Source: an uncultured Candidatus Binatia bacterium
Lineage (GTDB): Bacteria; Desulfobacterota; Binatia; UBA9968; JAJDTQ01
Direction: 5' to 3'
Assembly: GCA_964291295.2 (NCBI GenBank)
Contig: OZ219754.1
Coordinates: 3,328,001-3,392,000, forward strand
Length of the DNA stretch: 64,000 nt
Within the stretch, counting starts at the first letter, position 1. Every line of letters begins with the position of its first letter. The notes below the pieces were generated by a model. It saw only the letters and a list, made by a program, of their open reading frames with translations, made no database searches and had not been told where the DNA came from. Position numbers and translations under genes: made by a program. Shown here in pieces: positions 61,455-64,000 of the stretch.

Positions 61455-62620
61455 TTGTTCCTGGCGCGGGTGCGCAGGAGGTTCTGGGCCATGCGCCAGC
61501 GCAATACCTCGGTGGCGCCCTCGGTGATGCGTATGCTGCGCATCTGGCGGTACCACCACTCCAACGGCAACTCCCGGGTCAGACCGATGCCGCCGTGAAC
61601 CTGGATGGAGCGGTCCACGACGCGGCTGGCCATCTCGGTGCAGACGCACTTGACCATGTAGGCGAGATTGCGCACGTCCTCGCCCCGGTCGTGGCGCCAG
61701 GCGCATTCGTAGACCAGGTTGCGGGCCATGTGCAGTTCCATGACCGAGTCGGCGATCATGAACTGGACGGCCTGCCGCTCCGCCAGCGGCTGTCCGAATG
61801 TCGTGCGCACCTGCGCGTAGTCCATCATCATGTCCAGGGAGCGCTCCGCGATGCCGATGCAGCGCGCGCCGTGGCCCTTGATGCGCCCCTCCTGGAGCCA
61901 TCCCTGGGCAAGCCGGAAGCCCTGGCCCACCTCGCCCACCACATTGCCCGCCGGCACCCGGGCGTCCTCGAAGCGGATCTGGAACGGCGCATCGCCCATC
62001 ATGGTGGGCCAGCGCCGTTCGATGGTCACCCCCGGCGTGTCCATGTCCACCAGAAAGCAGGTGATGCCGCCGCGGGCGCGCTTCTCGGGATCGGTGACCG
62101 CCATGACCTGGGCGAAGTCCGCATGGCCGGCGCCGGTGATGAAGCGCTTGGTCCCGTTGATCACCCAGTGGTCGCCGTCCGGCACCGCCCGGGTCTTCAT
62201 GCCGGCGGGGTCGCCGCCGGCATCGGGCTCGGTCTGGGCGAAGCAGGCGGTCTTCTCGCCGCGGATGACCGGATGGAGATAGCGCTCCTTCTGCGCGTCA
62301 TTGCATTCGAACAGCACGGCGCGCACTTCCGGGCCGAAGATCGGATTGTTGCGAAACGGAATGGCGACGGTGCGGGAGACCTCCTCCTGGATGACGCAGC
62401 GCGTCAGCAGGTCGAGTTCGGCACCGCCGTACTCCGCGGGCACGTCCAGCATCCAGAACCCCATGGCCCGGGTCTTTTCCTGAAGCGGCTTGTACAAAGC
62501 CTCCGGCATCTCCTCGCCTTCCGGACGATAGTCCCGCTCCAGCGGAATCAACTCCCGGTCCACGAAATCGCGCATTGTCTTCTTGATGATCCTGATCTCT
62601 TCGGGAAGCTCGAAATCCAT
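61451..62620 (-). CDS. Acyl-CoA dehydrogenase
   Basis: FAQTEPDAGGD, INGTKRFIT, RTTFGQPL, QVHGGIG, RITEGATE. Confidence 0.93.
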   Translation of the reverse strand: MDFELPEEIRIIKKTMRDFVDRELIPLERDYRPEGEEMPEALYKPLQEKTRAMGFWMLDVPAEYGGAELDLLTRCVIQEEVSRTVAIPFRNNPIFGPEVRAVLFECNDAQKERYLHPVIRGEKTACFAQTEPDAGGDPAGMKTRAVPDGDHWVINGTKRFITGAGHADFAQVMAVTDPEKRARGGITCFLVDMDTPGVTIERRWPTMMGDAPFQIRFEDARVPAGNVVGEVGQGFRLAQGWLQEGRIKGHGARCIGIAERSLDMMMDYAQVRTTFGQPLAERQAVQFMIADSVMELHMARNLVYECAWRHDRGEDVRNLAYMVKCVCTEMASRVVDRSIQVHGGIGLTRELPLEWWYRQMRSIRITEGATEVLRWRMAQNLLRTRARNK

Positions 62621-62741
62621 TCGTCCCCTCCGTCGCCGGCGCCGGTCCGACTGAAAGATGGCTCGTAACATAGGCCCGCTTCCGGTCGAAGGTCAAGCCA
62701 ACGTGGAACGCCGGCACACGTGGACGCGGCCGGGAGTCTGT

Positions 62742-62770
62742 TTGACAACAGAATGCTCGGTGTCTATGTT
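62742..62770 (+). promoter_or_regulatory. Candidate sigma70 promoter for the FmdB-like gene
   Basis: TTGACA-N17-TATGTT, 30 bp upstream of the ATG. Confidence 0.5.
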
Positions 62771-62800
62771 TCCGAAAATCCACCCGCGCGAGGTCGGCGT

Positions 62801-63106
62801 ATGCCCATCTACGAGTACGACTGTTCAAAATGCGGTGTTTTCGAGGCGACCCAGAGGATCACCGAGGAGCCGCTGCAAGAGTGTCCGACCTGCCGGGGCC
62901 GGGTCCGGAAGCTCATCTCGAACACGTCGTTCCAACTCAAGGGCACCGGTTGGTACATCACCGACTACGGACGTGGCAAGGGTTCCGACGGGGACAAGCC
63001 GGCATCGGGCGGGGCCGGGGACTCCGCCGACTCGACCAAGTCCACGGAGAGCGCCAAGGCCGGGAAGTCATCGTCCGGTGACGGTGCGGCCAGCACCGCA
63101 TCCTGA
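62801..63106 (+). CDS. FmdB-family zinc-ribbon protein
   Basis: [12 protein letters not shown]...CPTC...[13 protein letters not shown] followed by a low-complexity tail. Confidence 0.92.
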   Translation: MPIYEYDCSKCGVFEATQRITEEPLQECPTCRGRVRKLISNTSFQLKGTGWYITDYGRGKGSDGDKPASGGAGDSADSTKSTESAKAGKSSSGDGAASTAS

Positions 63107-63142
63107 TTGCGGCATCACGCCCTCGCCCGTGTCCGAGCACTC

Positions 63143-63946
63143 ATGAGGACAAAGACACTCGGCGGCACGGAGATCCAGGTGCCCGAGATCGGCTTGGGGG
63201 TCTGGCAATACCGCGGCGGCGTCCATCCTCTGCGGCACGGCATCGAACTGGGCGCCCACCTCATCGACACGGCCGAGATGTACGGCACCGAGGGCGTGGT
63301 GGGCGAGGCGGTGCGCGGCATCCGGGATTCCGTATTCATCGCCAGCAAGGTGTCGGGCGACCACCTGGGATACGACGACGTGCTCCGGTCTGCCGAGGCC
63401 AGTCTGCGGCGGCTGGACATGGACACCATCGACCTCTACCAGATTCACTGGCCAAGCCGCCGTACGCCGATCAAGGAAACCATGCGTGCCATGGAGGCGC
63501 TGGTAGATTCCGGACAGATCCGCCACATCGGCGTGAGCAACTTCTCGACCGAAGAGTTGGCGGAAGCCCGGGCGGCCATGAACCACCACCCCATCGTCTC
63601 GAACCAGATCCTGTACAACCTCCGGCGACGGGAGATCGAGCGCACGCTGATGCCCTACTGCCAGCGCCACGCCGTCACTGTCATCGCCTACACTCCGCTG
63701 GATGGCGGCCGGCTGGCGGCCGGAGCCGACCTGCTCTCCTCCCGGGGCCGCAAGGTGCTCCGGGAGGTCGCCCGGCAACACGGCAGGACACCCGCTCAGG
63801 TGGCGCTCAACTGGTGTGTCTGCCACGACGGCGTCATCGCCATTCCCAAATCCGACAGCGCCTCCCGCACCGCCGAGAACTGCGGCGCATCGGACTGGCG
63901 CCTGTCCGCCGAAGACCGGGCTCGTCTGGAACAGGCCTTCGCCTGA
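63143..63946 (+). CDS. Aldo/keto reductase
   Basis: IGLGVW, IDTAEMYG, IDLYQIHWP, IGVSNF, AYTPL, IPKS. Confidence 0.93.
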   Translation: MRTKTLGGTEIQVPEIGLGVWQYRGGVHPLRHGIELGAHLIDTAEMYGTEGVVGEAVRGIRDSVFIASKVSGDHLGYDDVLRSAEASLRRLDMDTIDLYQIHWPSRRTPIKETMRAMEALVDSGQIRHIGVSNFSTEELAEARAAMNHHPIVSNQILYNLRRREIERTLMPYCQRHAVTVIAYTPLDGGRLAAGADLLSSRGRKVLREVARQHGRTPAQVALNWCVCHDGVIAIPKSDSASRTAENCGASDWRLSAEDRARLEQAFA

Positions 63947-64000
63947 CCGAGGCGGCGGAGAGCGTCACCCACCGGGAAGCACCGCGAGCCGAGGAAACCG

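Noticed and set aside
1-64000. tRNA or rRNA genes
   Set aside because: No full cloverleaf or rRNA-conserved sequence was seen; only the short tRNA-like 3' fragment near 799-813.

Overview
A GC-rich bacterial window. The gene content (amidohydrolase, TctC-like binding protein, CoA-transferases, a FN3-rich autotransporter) resembles host-associated Deltaproteobacteria-like genomes; this is inference only. Housekeeping and catabolic blocks alternate with eroded mobile DNA: a large serine recombinase remnant, two IS1634-like remnants, a DUF4338/ISAs1-like element and an IS4 fragment. The housekeeping blocks are a pterin/folate trio, degP plus a sigma54 two-component system, a sigma70 factor, adk, gnd/pgl, a GH15 hydrolase, an ABC transporter and an acyl-CoA catabolic cluster. 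The most striking part is a defence hotspot at about 38-54 kb. Its core (40.1-46.0 kb) is a ubiquitin-like conjugation operon with no ubiquitin and no CD-NTase: a metallo-beta-lactamase-fold protein with a Gly-rich tail, an E2-E1-JAB triple fusion broken by one in-frame TGA, and a lower-GC 4-TM membrane protein. It is transcribed divergently from an XRE-HTH/ImmA peptidase + PIN pair. Downstream lie an ABC-ATPase/DUF4276 pair, a Septu-like ATPase/HNH pair apparently nested in a decayed DUF1156-type operon, and a NucS-like nuclease. Other notable signals are a C14 tract that frameshifts the 5.5 kb autotransporter, a 173 bp diverged duplicate of an RTX gene's 3' end, and a 59 bp diverged repeat of an enoyl-CoA hydratase 3' end bracketing the second defence block. 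All family assignments come from reading motifs by eye; no searches were run.
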